Below are positions 50,895 to 61,862 of a DNA stretch of 64,000 nucleotides, piece by piece (within the stretch, counting starts at the first letter, position 1; each line of letters opens with the position of its first letter). The stretch is from the sequence record NZ_LC532224.1. One strand, written 5' to 3'. Below the pieces are notes generated by a model. It searched no databases and was not told the origin of the DNA. It was given only the letters and a program-made list of their open reading frames with translations. The position numbers were made by a program, and so were the translations under genes. Source of the stretch: a plasmid.

Positions 50895-51089
50895 CTAAAG
50901 ATAACAGCCACTGACTGCATCTACCCAGACCTTCTGTTTATACTCAATAGGCCACCCCTCTTTATCTGCCCGGATGACGCAATCATTTACCGTGGTGCGT
51001 GACCGGATACGAACATCAAGCGGAAGCGAATCGTTATCCACACGAGCCTGTGCCTCATTTAAAATGCGTAAAAACATCTCTTTGGTCAT
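50895..51089 (-). CDS. Hypothetical protein, 64 aa
   Basis: Overlaps the downstream gene start (ATGA). Confidence 0.3.
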   Translation of the reverse strand: MTKEMFLRILNEAQARVDNDSLPLDVRIRSRTTVNDCVIRADKEGWPIEYKQKVWVDAVSGCYL

Positions 51090-51397
51090 TCAGATACCCC
51101 CTCAACTTTGCGAATTTTGATCAGATGAGGGCGACTCAGTTTACAAAGTTGTTCTGTCGCTTCATCAATCGAATTGAACCGATGAGCCTCTTCGATATTT
51201 AAAGTCCAGTATTTCGCTTTCCCTTCTCCCAGATCGGACTCAAAATAATTTCGCTTTACATCCATTTTTTTAGGCCTGCCATTTATCTTGACGACATTAT
51301 GTCTGTCATCAAAAAGAAATTCGTCCCCCTCAAAAGTGATTAATACAAATGGCCCCTCAGGCTTGGAAGTCCGGGAACTTTCCATTTTCAAAGTCAT
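51086..51397 (-). CDS. Hypothetical protein, 103 aa
   Basis: RBS gagaggctgaagtATG. Confidence 0.4.
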   Translation of the reverse strand: MTLKMESSRTSKPEGPFVLITFEGDEFLFDDRHNVVKINGRPKKMDVKRNYFESDLGEGKAKYWTLNIEEAHRFNSIDEATEQLCKLSRPHLIKIRKVEGVSE

Positions 51398-51459
51398 ACT
51401 TCAGCCTCTCGATAGAACTCATGAAACGTCAAATTAAAATGGACTCACACCACACTGAT

Positions 51460-51699
51460 TCAGTATTCCTCCTGAACCCCATTAGGCTCTGTTGTGATTT
51501 CATATTTAATTCCGCCAGGTGCTCCCACAGCGTCCGCGACCGACTCACACAGCAGCGAGAGATCGTTGAGGGTCATTGGGTGTTCAATGTCCAGCGTGAA
51601 GAGTTTCCCGGCTTGCTTGGCGGCTGTCTTGTCAGCATGTTCGGCATTAAAAAGGTATACGGTGTGTTTTTCCTGAGCGGGTGTATTTTGATTTTGCAT
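51460..51699 (-). CDS. Small conserved protein, paralogue of 42953-43177
   Basis: Shared core motif; palindromic motif 130 bp upstream. Confidence 0.45.
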   Translation of the reverse strand: MQNQNTPAQEKHTVYLFNAEHADKTAAKQAGKLFTLDIEHPMTLNDLSLLCESVADAVGAPGGIKYEITTEPNGVQEEY

Positions 51700-51829
51700 T
51701 GATGATCCTTTTGTTTAGTTCCCCGATTCCGGGGGTGAGTGAATTAATTTAAATTTATATTCGTCTGGTTTAATTAGAACGTTTCCACGCTATGCGTAAA
51801 CAGGTAATGCAAGGGCTGTATCAACAGGA

Positions 51830-51847
51830 TTAAAGTTACTTTTCTGG
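51830..51847. promoter_or_regulatory. Palindromic motif copy ttAAAGTTACTTTTctgg
   Basis: Motif family member; 130 bp upstream of 51460-51699. Confidence 0.5.
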
Positions 51848-51948
51848 ATGCAGCAACGCTTGGACATGATGTCCACATTACATCACGATCAAAGCTAAGT
51901 TTTTTTTGTATAACCCCTCCATTTTCGTGTGTTTCGCGTTTCAGACGC

Positions 51949-52905
51949 TTATACGACCTGCTTGACCATCCTCATCAGAAGGCGGTTTAACAGTCCTTTC
52001 GCTGTCGGGCGATTGCTATCGACATAGTAAAAACCTGTTTTGGTCGTACCGTGAGCACTGCTCAGCACCCTCAGTTCCCAGATAACGTCACGGATAACGC
52101 CGCCATTTTCTGGCTTAAGGCATTCAGATAAATGGCGCATGAAACGAGCTCTTACGGCACGGTAATAGCGGAACTCCTCTGGCTGGTTAGTATTTTCTTT
52201 CACCCGGAGTCGCTGGTTACACAGAGTTAGAACTGCATCCATCATTCCCGCCTTCAGCTTCGCCTGGATCGCACCTTGTTGCTGTTCCCTCTCACCTTCG
52301 AGTAACGTTAAAATTCTTTCTCCGAGTGCCGTCTTGTTGTGTACGTGCAACTGAACACAGGCAGCTACGCATGCCCAGAATCTGAACTTTTTTATCTGTC
52401 CACGCAATTTCCGGGCTACAACCTGACGGTATGCAGAATCACTGAGTATTTTAAAACGCCGACTGGCAACCAGCTCTGGAAGCGACACTCTGTCGCCTAT
52501 CCCCAGGCGGGAAAAGGTTTGTCCCCGTTGTGCGAGACGATGATAGACAGCGCCCTTGCCTTTTGAAATTCGGACCGCGCCATAACGAAGAAGATACTGA
52601 GCAGCAGTCGTTGGAGTAAACTCACCGTCAGCGATGCGCTGGCGTAACCCGTCGTATTCATGCCAGATAATCCAGGACGCCGTATCTTCTTCAACAGTCA
52701 GCTCATCCTCTTCCTCGAATGCCACGACGACAGAACTGCTCTCTCCGGTCTTTAGGCTACGTGAAGCCCTGGGGTCAGCCTGCCCGTCAAAATAGGTCAT
52801 CAGCGGCAACGTATCAGTCAGTCCATCATAAGCTGTACCGAACCGGCCTCCGGGCAGTTTCATCCAGAGTGGAGCTGGCATTGGTGTACGGGGCACAGGC
52901 TGCAT
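51949..52905 (-). CDS. Hypothetical protein (start trimmed to MQPVP to remove a 110-bp overlap)
   Basis: ORF; RBS ggatgag before ATG at 52905. Confidence 0.35.
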   Translation of the reverse strand: MQPVPRTPMPAPLWMKLPGGRFGTAYDGLTDTLPLMTYFDGQADPRASRSLKTGESSSVVVAFEEEDELTVEEDTASWIIWHEYDGLRQRIADGEFTPTTAAQYLLRYGAVRISKGKGAVYHRLAQRGQTFSRLGIGDRVSLPELVASRRFKILSDSAYRQVVARKLRGQIKKFRFWACVAACVQLHVHNKTALGERILTLLEGEREQQQGAIQAKLKAGMMDAVLTLCNQRLRVKENTNQPEEFRYYRAVRARFMRHLSECLKPENGGVIRDVIWELRVLSSAHGTTKTGFYYVDSNRPTAKGLLNRLLMRMVKQVV

Positions 52906-52912
52906 GTCAGGC

Positions 52913-53419
52913 TCATCCATCCTCAAGAAGGTCCAGATCGGCCTCTTCCCAGACCCTGCGATAGATCTCAATTGCCCGAAACGGGCGAGGGTTGAAACAG
53001 TGCAACGACCAGAGGAAATCAACGTGGATCACGTTTGCTTCCTGTACAAGCCGAAATTGTGGCTCAGCCATACGACGGTTATAAGCCGTATCGTCAACCT
53101 CGCCGGAAAGTAGCTTTCTGCGATGCTCTGCCGCACGTCTTGCTTCAACATAATCAAGGCTGCAACAGGCATGAAAAAGACGTTCAGTCAGGGACGAAGA
53201 AAAGATATTGGGTTGAAGACGCACATATCCGCCTTCGAACACTTTACGACCGATATAATCCCGCAGGCTCCAGTCGTACTGGATCTTAGAAAGAAATCGC
53301 TGAAGACGACTCAGGCCAGCCTGATAACCGTATTTCTCCGGGTCAGTTCGAAGGAGCGTTTCCATTGAATGGTCAACCCCTACTGCTGTGCAAAAGGAGC
53401 ACCCTATAATTCTGATCAT
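52913..53419 (-). CDS. Hypothetical protein, 168 aa
   Basis: ORF only. Confidence 0.4.
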   Translation of the reverse strand: MIRIIGCSFCTAVGVDHSMETLLRTDPEKYGYQAGLSRLQRFLSKIQYDWSLRDYIGRKVFEGGYVRLQPNIFSSSLTERLFHACCSLDYVEARRAAEHRRKLLSGEVDDTAYNRRMAEPQFRLVQEANVIHVDFLWSLHCFNPRPFRAIEIYRRVWEEADLDLLEDG

Positions 53420-53518
53420 TTAGAAATTTTTTTGCGTTTAAAATCAATGAATTGAAAGATTTCATTTTTCTAAGTCTGATAAAACAGATGAAAACCCAAC
53501 TGACTATACTCATAAAAC

Positions 53519-53848
53519 TCAATCTTTGCGCTGCTGTACGATACCAGTAATTACAGGCGCCGAGTTTAACATCATGAAAAGTAGCCCAATAATGAATGAC
53601 GCAACGCCAGCTGCGGTGCCTAACTTCTGACTGAACACCATTGAAACAAAGTACATATTTGGGATAAAAACGGACATAGCAATCACGAAAAGTAACTTAT
53701 TCAGATAATTATTTATTCGGGTCTTAACCTCAACTCTATCATAAAAAGCCATCGAAACGTAAGCAGTTATCAGTGAATAAAAAGACCATGTCATATAGTT
53801 AACCGATTCATTAAATGCCTCTCGCAAAAGCAAAGCACTTTCTGTCAT
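53519..53848 (-). CDS. Small membrane protein, 109 aa
   Basis: Three hydrophobic helices. Confidence 0.35.
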   Translation of the reverse strand: MTESALLLREAFNESVNYMTWSFYSLITAYVSMAFYDRVEVKTRINNYLNKLLFVIAMSVFIPNMYFVSMVFSQKLGTAAGVASFIIGLLFMMLNSAPVITGIVQQRKD

Positions 53849-56800
53849 TCCCTACCTCATTAAATCAATAGAAAATAAATCTGAATAATTTATTTTTAAA
53901 AGAAAAGAACACAACATAACTTCAGTAGTTATGATTAATCCCTGAATGATTATTTCTTAGCAAGATATAACATGCTTAATGTATATCAGGCAATAAAAAA
54001 ACTCCCAAAGACCACCGCTGTGGTCTTCAGGTATAGGATTTAAAGAACGAACTCAGTCCGGAAACGTATCACTATCTTCTGTAACGTCCGCTTTCTCTGG
54101 TAACATTCTGTTTTTAATATACTGTGAATTCCTGCAGATGAGAGGAAAAATCTCCGAGTTATTCATTATACAACTCGTTGCCGTACGGGCGTCCTCCGGA
54201 GACCATGATGAAAATGAAAACGTCTGACGGTCAAGCCATTGAGACAATAATACATTATCAACAGAAGCGCTAAACAGCGCCGCAATAGCCCTGCGTTCAA
54301 CGGCCTTCTCAGGTTCAATAAACGACAACTCATTATGAAAACGGGTAATAATCGCAATACGGCTGTCAATACGAATATGTCTTTCAAGTAAGACATCGTG
54401 CAACTCATCAAGTACAGTCTCTCTCTGGGTATCGTCGAGGCAAGACCACAGGAAATGAATGTTCTCGGCATTTGTGACAACGTCTGGCTCTGCATCACGG
54501 AACCATGATGCAAAGATACCCACACTACCTTCCATCCGGATATGCTGCCCCTGAAGTTGCATTTGTTCAAGGATAAAGCGCATGTTCACAGGAAGAACCG
54601 TAAAACACTCAATAAGCCTTTCAGAAGAACTAAATACTCCACATGCCAGGGCGTTCAGCTTTTTCTTCAAAATATCAAACTGCTCACCTGACTGATATAC
54701 GTCATGGAGAAATACTGGACCCATAGCATTCACATCAGACTCAATTATTTTCTCTGACAGTGCTTTTTGACGCTCTCGCACAAATATTAAAAGAGAGGTT
54801 GCATTTGTAGCTTCTTTGATGACGTCATACTGACCTTTAACAAAGCTCAGGACAGGTATATTCACCAGAAGACCTAAATCAACAATCCTGCCAACAGCAT
54901 TTTTGATGTACGGCAGAACATTTTTATCCTTAAGTGCTATAAAGATACTCTCGGCAGTACGTAGATAACGAAGATATGCAGCCAAAGCCAGGTCAAACCG
55001 TTCCTCACCAATATGTTCACTGTACGACTCGATACCGGCATAGTTACCATGGAGCACCATGTGAGCAACAGCCTGTGCAGCAAATTCCGCAGGGAAGAGA
55101 TTCCTCGTCGCCGTATTATTAAGATAATATTGATTTAAAACATTATTATTCCAGTCCGGGCTCAGAACAATTTTTCTGAAATGGATAACGTCCTCAACAA
55201 CCTGACGATTTTTAAGCGTCATTATTGCAGAGCTAACCTGAGCCCCACCTGTACCATCATTCTTTCCAATTACGTTCTGTACCGCCTTCGATGCAATATT
55301 GATATGCCGGATAATTCCCGGATTAAAAAGGTCTATCTGAGGTTGCTCAGCTCCATAGCGTAACATCTCCTCCCGACCGTGATTTCCGATATCTAGTGTG
55401 CCAATTTTCAGGTTTGACAAGGTCTCTTCATTATTGACAAGGTATTCCACATAAAATACGCCATCTACAAAATTCTCCATTTTATTCAGTAGTGATTCAC
55501 CGGCCAGAACAGAGTATGAATCAGCTTCCTGCAGCAACGTCTGCGTGGATTCAGCCTCCAATTTTTCTGAATCCTGAATTTCATCAAGTTTACTCACAAT
55601 AAACGATATTTGCCTTTCGACGAAAGGCTCTAGGCTTATCCGCCCGTCAGCCATCAGTTTCTGCAGACTCAATACGAAACCTTCATCATTCTTTTCTCTG
55701 AGTGAAACAGCATAACTCTGATTCAGCATTTGCACTGCGACTTTGAGTTGCGGTTCGGCGAGAGCCTGACACTTCTCATCCATCCGGCTATAAGAAACCA
55801 GCCAGTCTCGCATCTGAATATGTGGTGCCACTCGCTGCCATGCTTCAGCGAAACCCCACAAGGCCGTCAGTTCTTCAAGCCGTGGGATATTTATAGCACC
55901 AATCGCGTCTTTAAGAGGCGTATCAAGCAACTCGCTCCTGGCAAGCTCCACCGTGGACTGATAGTGGATGCTCATCAGAAATTCGCTCCATCTTTCTGTA
56001 TCGTTATTAAAAATTCGGGATATTTGTTGATAAGTTAGCGAGAGCATCTCGTCAAAATCATCCGGAGCAATACCGGGTTCGGTCTGACTAGCTTTGGGAT
56101 CGCGAAGTAATACTTTAATATCTCGCTCCCCGTATCTGACCACCAGTAAGTAGAGAGCAATAAGAATATGGCGATGATCTTCTGTTGCAGGAACGGTAAG
56201 GTTCAGAATATGAATATCATTAACAAACTTCTTCATTAATCGCGGTGTGATACGAGGATACTCAGAGGGTTTCCAGCGCTCAAGCAACACCGTTGCTTCC
56301 CGGCACGCTATCCCTGCATCCTCATTTACTGTTTCTTTCCAGTACTGCCTTAACGCTTCCTGCCATCCTGCCGAAATAAGAGGAGGAACCTGAAAACTTA
56401 CAGGAATCCGCTTTGCAATAAACTCACGCCCGCTGAAACCCGCCACAGAAAGTGAGGCTGAAACCTGTCTTGCCGAATAGGGCACCACTATCCTGAAGTG
56501 TTCATGAGTGGCTCCGGCAATAAGCTCCATATCACTCCAGAGCTCTTTCACTTTGTCTGCACTGATTCGGTCCAGATTATCAATGATAAGGATGAAGCGA
56601 TCTCCATGGGAAATGACCTCTTTGGAGGTAAATCCCTGCAGAGCTTCAGCCAGCTCAATAGCTCCGACCTCCTTATTAACTAGCCAAGTCTCTTCAATCC
56701 TGTCAGTACTGTTGCGTTTGAACAAATCACCAATACTCGAATACCCTTTCTTTCTGTACCATTCCATGTTCTGCAGGCATGCCAGTCCTGCGACCATAAT

Positions 56801-56891
56801 GGCAGGAGAAAGAAACGCGGCCACCTCAACATAAAAAAGCCACCCTAATAATGACTCCTTGTGATCCTACCCACGTAATGTGGACACGGCC

Positions 56892-57746
56892 CTAAGCGAG
56901 GTTCTGGTTTTCAAATTGTTCGGGACTGAGTCCGCCACAGGCACTGTGTCGGCGCCACCGATTGTAATCACACTCGATATAATTAAACACCGTCATCCGC
57001 ATGATTTCCCGGCTGATAAGGCGTTCCCCGTGGATACATTCCACCTTCAGCGAGTGGAAGAAGCTTTCCGCGCAGGCATTGTCGTAACAACATCCTTTGG
57101 CACTCATGCTACCGTGCAGATTATGCCGCTTCAGTAACGCCAGATAGTCTGCCGAACAGTACTGCCCGCCTCTGTCCGTATGCACGATGACATTTTCCGG
57201 GCGCTTACGTCGCCAGAGTGCCATCTGTAGCGCATCGCAGGCCAGCTGCGCTGTCATCCGCGACGACATCGACCAGCCGATGACAGCACGGGACCACAGG
57301 TCAATGACCACCGCCAGGTACAACCAGCCTTCGTCCGTGCGCAAGTACGTGATGTCACCCGCCCACTTCTGATTCGGGCCACTCGCGTAAAAATCCTGTT
57401 TCAGCAGATTTTCAGACACCGGCAGGCCATGTTCGCGGTATCGGACCGGGCTGAACTTCCGGGCCGCTTTTGCGCGAAGCCCCTGACGCCGCAGGCTGGC
57501 GGCAATGGTTTTGACGTTGTACTCAGGCAGTTCGTCAGCGAGACGAGGCGCACCATAACGCTGTTTTGCCTCAGTGAATGCCTGACGGACAGCAGTATCA
57601 CAGACGAGCCGGAACTGCTGACGTGGTGTTATCTGCTGACGACGCAGACGCCACGCATACCAGCCGCTACGGGCGACCCGCAGTACCCGGCATATGGCTT
57701 TGACGCTGAACTCAGCCCGATGTTTTTCAATAAAGACATACTTCAT
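56892..57746 (-). CDS. IS3-family transposase OrfB (DDE integrase domain)
   Basis: 284 aa with DDE motif context; overlaps orfA by 4 nt. Confidence 0.85.
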   Translation of the reverse strand: MKYVFIEKHRAEFSVKAICRVLRVARSGWYAWRLRRQQITPRQQFRLVCDTAVRQAFTEAKQRYGAPRLADELPEYNVKTIAASLRRQGLRAKAARKFSPVRYREHGLPVSENLLKQDFYASGPNQKWAGDITYLRTDEGWLYLAVVIDLWSRAVIGWSMSSRMTAQLACDALQMALWRRKRPENVIVHTDRGGQYCSADYLALLKRHNLHGSMSAKGCCYDNACAESFFHSLKVECIHGERLISREIMRMTVFNYIECDYNRWRRHSACGGLSPEQFENQNLA

Positions 57747-58042
57747 TTCAGGCGCTTCGCGAAGTATGTCGCGGCCTTTTGGAGAATGGCCAGCTCCTCT
57801 GCCTGTTCCGCCAGTTGGCGCTTAAGACGGGCAATTTCAACGGACATTTCCTGCTCACGTTCGGAAGAGCTGCGGGCATTGTTAATCTTACTGCGCCATG
57901 CGTAGAGCTGGGATTCGTACAGGCTGAGTTCCCGGGCAGCGGCAGCAACACCGATACGTTCCGCAAGCTTCAGGGCTTCGTTGCGGAATTCAGGCGTGTA
58001 CTGTTTGCGGGGCTTCTTACTGGTTGATGCTGGTTTTGTCAT
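57743..58042 (-). CDS. IS3-family transposase OrfA (HTH, leucine zipper)
   Basis: 99 aa, close to E. coli IS3 OrfA. Confidence 0.85.
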   Translation of the reverse strand: MTKPASTSKKPRKQYTPEFRNEALKLAERIGVAAAARELSLYESQLYAWRSKINNARSSSEREQEMSVEIARLKRQLAEQAEELAILQKAATYFAKRLK

Positions 58043-59433
58043 GAGTCACCTCTGGTTAAGAGTTTACTCACTTAGTCGTGTGTCCACTATTCGTGGGTAA
58101 GATCATTGTTAGTAAAATATTGATTAAGGTCTGTTAGCACATAACGAAGCATCTGCACGGAAAGCAATGACAGTAAAATAAAAACGACGGTCAACCAGCT
58201 TAGCCTGCTGCTGACCCTCTTGTCGTATTCAACGATGTTACCCAGAGCCAGATTTTTATACTTATCCAACACATCCCGGGAGCCCGGACATTGTAGGCTG
58301 ACCCCGTGGTGGATGACATCGATAAGCGCTTTTTTAGTTGAGCCATGATGGTAACGTTCTGCATCAAAGTTAATGAACGTAAAATCATCTTTAAGCTTTT
58401 TCTGCAGGAACTTCAATATTGTTGACTTACCTGAACCCAGCTCACCTTCCAGACCAATAATATTGACATCAGGTGTCCTGATGATCTGAGCCACATTCTC
58501 TGCAACTTTTTCATGACTGCTGCCTCTAAACATATCCTGGTCAGCGGGTGATTCCGTCTGCAATCGTAGAGTCATTCAGCAATTTCCTTCGTTATAACGT
58601 AAGATTCTTTCACTATTAGACACAGTACAGAGCCCACAGCAACCAAATGACTGCAGCCGGGGCAGTTTAGTTTTAAGCATGCATAAGCCGATTTCGATGG
58701 AATCCCTTTCACACAATAATATTGAATTGAAGCAATGAAAACATTAATGTGTTTGTTGTGACTAGCTGCAGGGGCCTGGAAGAAATTCCAAAGCCTGACA
58801 AACCGGAACAGGGCTTGCTCTGCTCCGGTTTTATCCAGTTCATCTTGAAGCCCTTGTTTTTGTTACATATCCCTGCTCACTCTTTCAGCCATTGTTAAGC
58901 TTCTTGTGTGTAATCTGCGAATAATACGGATGCAAAATTGATGCAATGGATTATACATACCTACAGCGCACGTTACGCTGAGCTGAATCGAATTTCAGAG
59001 AACGTTCTTCGCTATTACCCTGCCCAGCCAGTTGAACACATTTTATCATCCGGCCCCGAGAGTGACATGTTCTCTGCCTGGTACAGCCTTCATCAGAGTC
59101 AAACTAGACGTTATTTACAGGCAAAAGAAGACAGCTACAGAGTTTAAGTCTGACATTATTCGTGGCTGTGTCTGCCTTCGGAGTTTTCAGCTTATCCCGA
59201 TAACAGCGGTTTTGAAAAATTGACGTTTTTTACACCGGTACATTGCCCGAACGCAATCTCCCCCGTAGCGAAATACCGCCCCGCAGAAAATCGTCCATGC
59301 TCGGCATGCCCCTGGAACATCAGCATCTTTTCAATAAAGGTTTTACAGCCTATAGTCTGTATAACACAAAATACACCTTACCTGCTGTATTACAGGGCGG
59401 TACTCCCTACTCAGTCTGCGAGGCAGGTCACTT

Positions 59434-59730
59434 ATGAATAATCAGTTCCCGATAAAAACGCTGAACCAGCTCAGACCTGTGCTAATCGGGTTTCGCAAAA
59501 TCAAGGGCTTCACGCAAAAAGATGTGTCTGAGAGGCTTGGCGTAACGCAGCAAACCTATGCCCGCCTGGAAGCAAACCCTGCTAGCGCCAGTATTGATCG
59601 TCTGTACAAGGTATTCAGTATTCTGGGCGTAGAAATAACGCTGTCATCTATTTCCCCTTCACCCTTCATTTCCCACACAGAGATGAGGGGGGCATTTGAC
59701 AGCACTCCCGCCAGACGGGAGAAATGGTGA
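59434..59730 (+). CDS. XRE-family HTH transcriptional regulator (HipB-like architecture, C-terminal Trp), no hipA partner visible
   Basis: HTH_XRE motif TQKDVSERLGVTQQTYARLE; 98 aa. Confidence 0.5.
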   Translation: MNNQFPIKTLNQLRPVLIGFRKIKGFTQKDVSERLGVTQQTYARLEANPASASIDRLYKVFSILGVEITLSSISPSPFISHTEMRGAFDSTPARREKW

Positions 59731-60153
59731 CTATTAGAAGTTTGCTAGTTTTGTCGAATGACGCCAACTACATGTCCGCATCCATCGAGTAGTGGCTTCA
59801 AGCCACGATTGTCACTGCCTCCGCTGCCTTTTTCCAGTAACTCTCTCCTTTTAATTCTAATATTTAGGGGTGTCAACGCAAAGCAGAAACGGCACCTTCT
59901 TTGCGAGACAGAAATGACCTGTGATTGCCTGGCCGATTTATGGCAGCTAAGTGCGAGAAGCGGATATAGCGAATTCGCCATTGTACGGGATTAGCAGGTT
60001 TACTGAAGCAACCTGCGATGGCGTTATGGCAATAGTCAGTCCCCTGTCCAGTCGGCATAGGTGGCCACCTCGTCACCGCCGGGGATAAACTGATTGAAGC
60101 CTCCGCGCAAAATCACTTATTCTTTTCCGTTAATAAAATGCAGGAGCAAAGTC

Positions 60154-60810
60154 ATGACTGGCGAAATTCGTGGGCGAGGCAGGCCACGAAAAACAGAGAG
60201 TACCTATACAGATACCCGTAATGACCTGATCCGAAGCGGGCTTGAACTGCTCACGCAGAATGGTTTTCTTTCAACGGGAGTCGATGCCATTGTCAAAAAT
60301 GCCAGTGTTCCTAAAGGCTCATTTTATTACTATTTCAAGAGCAAAGAAGAGTATGCCCAGACTGTTCTGAGCGCCTATGACAGTTTCTTTGTGCATAAAC
60401 TCCAAAAACATCTGTATGAATCATCCTTCACACCAATGATGCGTCTGGAAAATTTCATCGACGATGCCTGCGACGGCATTAAAAAGTACAATTTCACCCG
60501 GGGCTGTCTGGTTGGCAATATGATGCAGGAGAGTCCGGGTCTTCCACTGTCCTTTATCAAACAGCTCCACGAAATACTTGAGCGCTGGCAGGCGCTTGTG
60601 GCGTGCTGTCTGTCCGACGCGTTATCTTCGGGCGAAATCCGTTCCGATATGAATAATACGCAACTGGCGGCCATTTTCTGGAGCAGTTGGGAGGGTGCCG
60701 TAATGCGTGCCAAACTTTATTGCTCAACCCAGCCTGTGTACGACTTCTGGAGCTATTTCAAAAAGTCAGTACGCTATCAGCCCTCTAAGGACACGGCTGT
60801 TGAAAAGTAA
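60154..60810 (+). CDS. TetR/AcrR-family transcriptional regulator (start moved to MTGEIRGRG after RBS caggagc)
   Basis: N-terminal TetR HTH (GVDAIVKNASVPKGSFYYYF); divergent from the reductase gene. Confidence 0.7.
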   Translation: MTGEIRGRGRPRKTESTYTDTRNDLIRSGLELLTQNGFLSTGVDAIVKNASVPKGSFYYYFKSKEEYAQTVLSAYDSFFVHKLQKHLYESSFTPMMRLENFIDDACDGIKKYNFTRGCLVGNMMQESPGLPLSFIKQLHEILERWQALVACCLSDALSSGEIRSDMNNTQLAAIFWSSWEGAVMRAKLYCSTQPVYDFWSYFKKSVRYQPSKDTAVEK

Positions 60811-60872
60811 AAAAGGGGCCGCAGCCCCTGATAATAATTATCAAACCCAGGCTGAGCCTGGCTTCCACTTCA

Positions 60873-61862
60873 TTAGCTACACTGAATTACTGCCCGGCCA
60901 CGAATTCCGCCACTCAGAAGTTTTTCGGCCACATTGATGGCATCACTCAGCGGATAAACGGTGGTCAGGCTATCCAGTCTGGACTCCGGTAAATACTGTA
61001 CCGCCTGCTGCCAGATCGCCGCTCTTTTTTCCTTCGCGAACATGACACTGTCAATCCCTTTCAGCGTGACGCCACGCAGGATAAACGGAGCCACATTCCC
61101 CATTAGTTCCATCCCCTGTGCCATGCCGCAGGCTGCAACAATACTGCCATAACGCACCCCGGCGCATACATTGCAGAGCGTATGGCTACCGACTGTATCA
61201 ATGGCGGCAGCCCAGCGTTCTTTCTGTAACGGTTTTCCGGGACAGGAGAGCTCGGAACGGTTAATAATCTCGTCCACACCGACCGTTTTATAGAGCCAGG
61301 CAGCCTCTTCCGGGCGTCCAGTAGACGCCGTAACGCGGTACCCCATTGATGCAAGGATCATGGCCGCAATGCTCCCGACGCCGCCGCTGGCACCGGTAAC
61401 AAGTACCGGACCATCTTCAGGCTTAATACCATGATTCAGAAGTGCGTCTACGCACAGCATCGCGGTAAACCCAGCTGTTCCGATTGCCATTACGTGTTTG
61501 CCGTTAGCGCCAGCCGGGAGCGGCGTCAGCCAGTCTCCATTTACCCGTGCTTTTTCGGATAGTCCGCCCCAGTGTTTTTCCCCAACACCCCAGCCGGTCA
61601 GGAGAACCTTATCTCCGGCCTGATATTCGGGATGTGAACTGGCGGACACTGTACCGGTAAAATCAATGCCGGGCACCATGGGAAAGCGTCGGACGATTGG
61701 GCCCCGGCCCGTAATGGCCAGTGCGTCTTTGTAGTTGATGGATGAATAGTCAACATTGACCTCCACATCCCCCTGCGGTAGTTCACTTTCAGCGATTTCA
61801 GCAAGTTGCGCACTATAGCGTCCATCTGTTTTGTTGATTAATAAAGATTTAAACACGTTCAC
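60873..61862 (-). CDS. YhdH/AcuI-family NADPH-dependent acrylyl-CoA reductase / quinone oxidoreductase (MDR superfamily)
   Basis: Alignable to E. coli YhdH over full length (recalled sequence), roughly 55-60 percent identical, so a homologue and not the K-12 allele. Confidence 0.75.
   Translation of the reverse strand: MNVFKSLLINKTDGRYSAQLAEIAESELPQGDVEVNVDYSSINYKDALAITGRGPIVRRFPMVPGIDFTGTVSASSHPEYQAGDKVLLTGWGVGEKHWGGLSEKARVNGDWLTPLPAGANGKHVMAIGTAGFTAMLCVDALLNHGIKPEDGPVLVTGASGGVGSIAAMILASMGYRVTASTGRPEEAAWLYKTVGVDEIINRSELSCPGKPLQKERWAAAIDTVGSHTLCNVCAGVRYGSIVAACGMAQGMELMGNVAPFILRGVTLKGIDSVMFAKEKRAAIWQQAVQYLPESRLDSLTTVYPLSDAINVAEKLLSGGIRGRAVIQCS

Larger units (their letters stand above)
56862..58105 (-). 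mobile_element. IS3-family insertion sequence, 1244 bp, TGATC...GATCA termini, 3-bp TSD TTG (56859-56861 and 58106-58108)
   Basis: Terminal IRs and direct repeat read directly; orfA/orfB with -1 frameshift overlap. Confidence 0.85.
54053..58575 (-). pseudogene. KAP-family P-loop NTPase gene (about 1091 codons when restored) interrupted by an IS3-family element; the N-terminal 156 codons (58108-58575) and C-terminal part (54053-56860) are in the same frame once the IS and one TSD copy are removed
   Basis: Walker A GELGSGKST in the N fragment, KAP Walker B LIIDNLDR and TM insert in the C part; frame continuity across the junction checked by hand (..YFTN|KESLLGWLFYVEVAAFL..). Confidence 0.65.

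Noticed and set aside
59220-59441. 73-aa ORF upstream of the XRE regulator
   Set aside because: It overlaps the regulator promoter region, has odd composition and no RBS.
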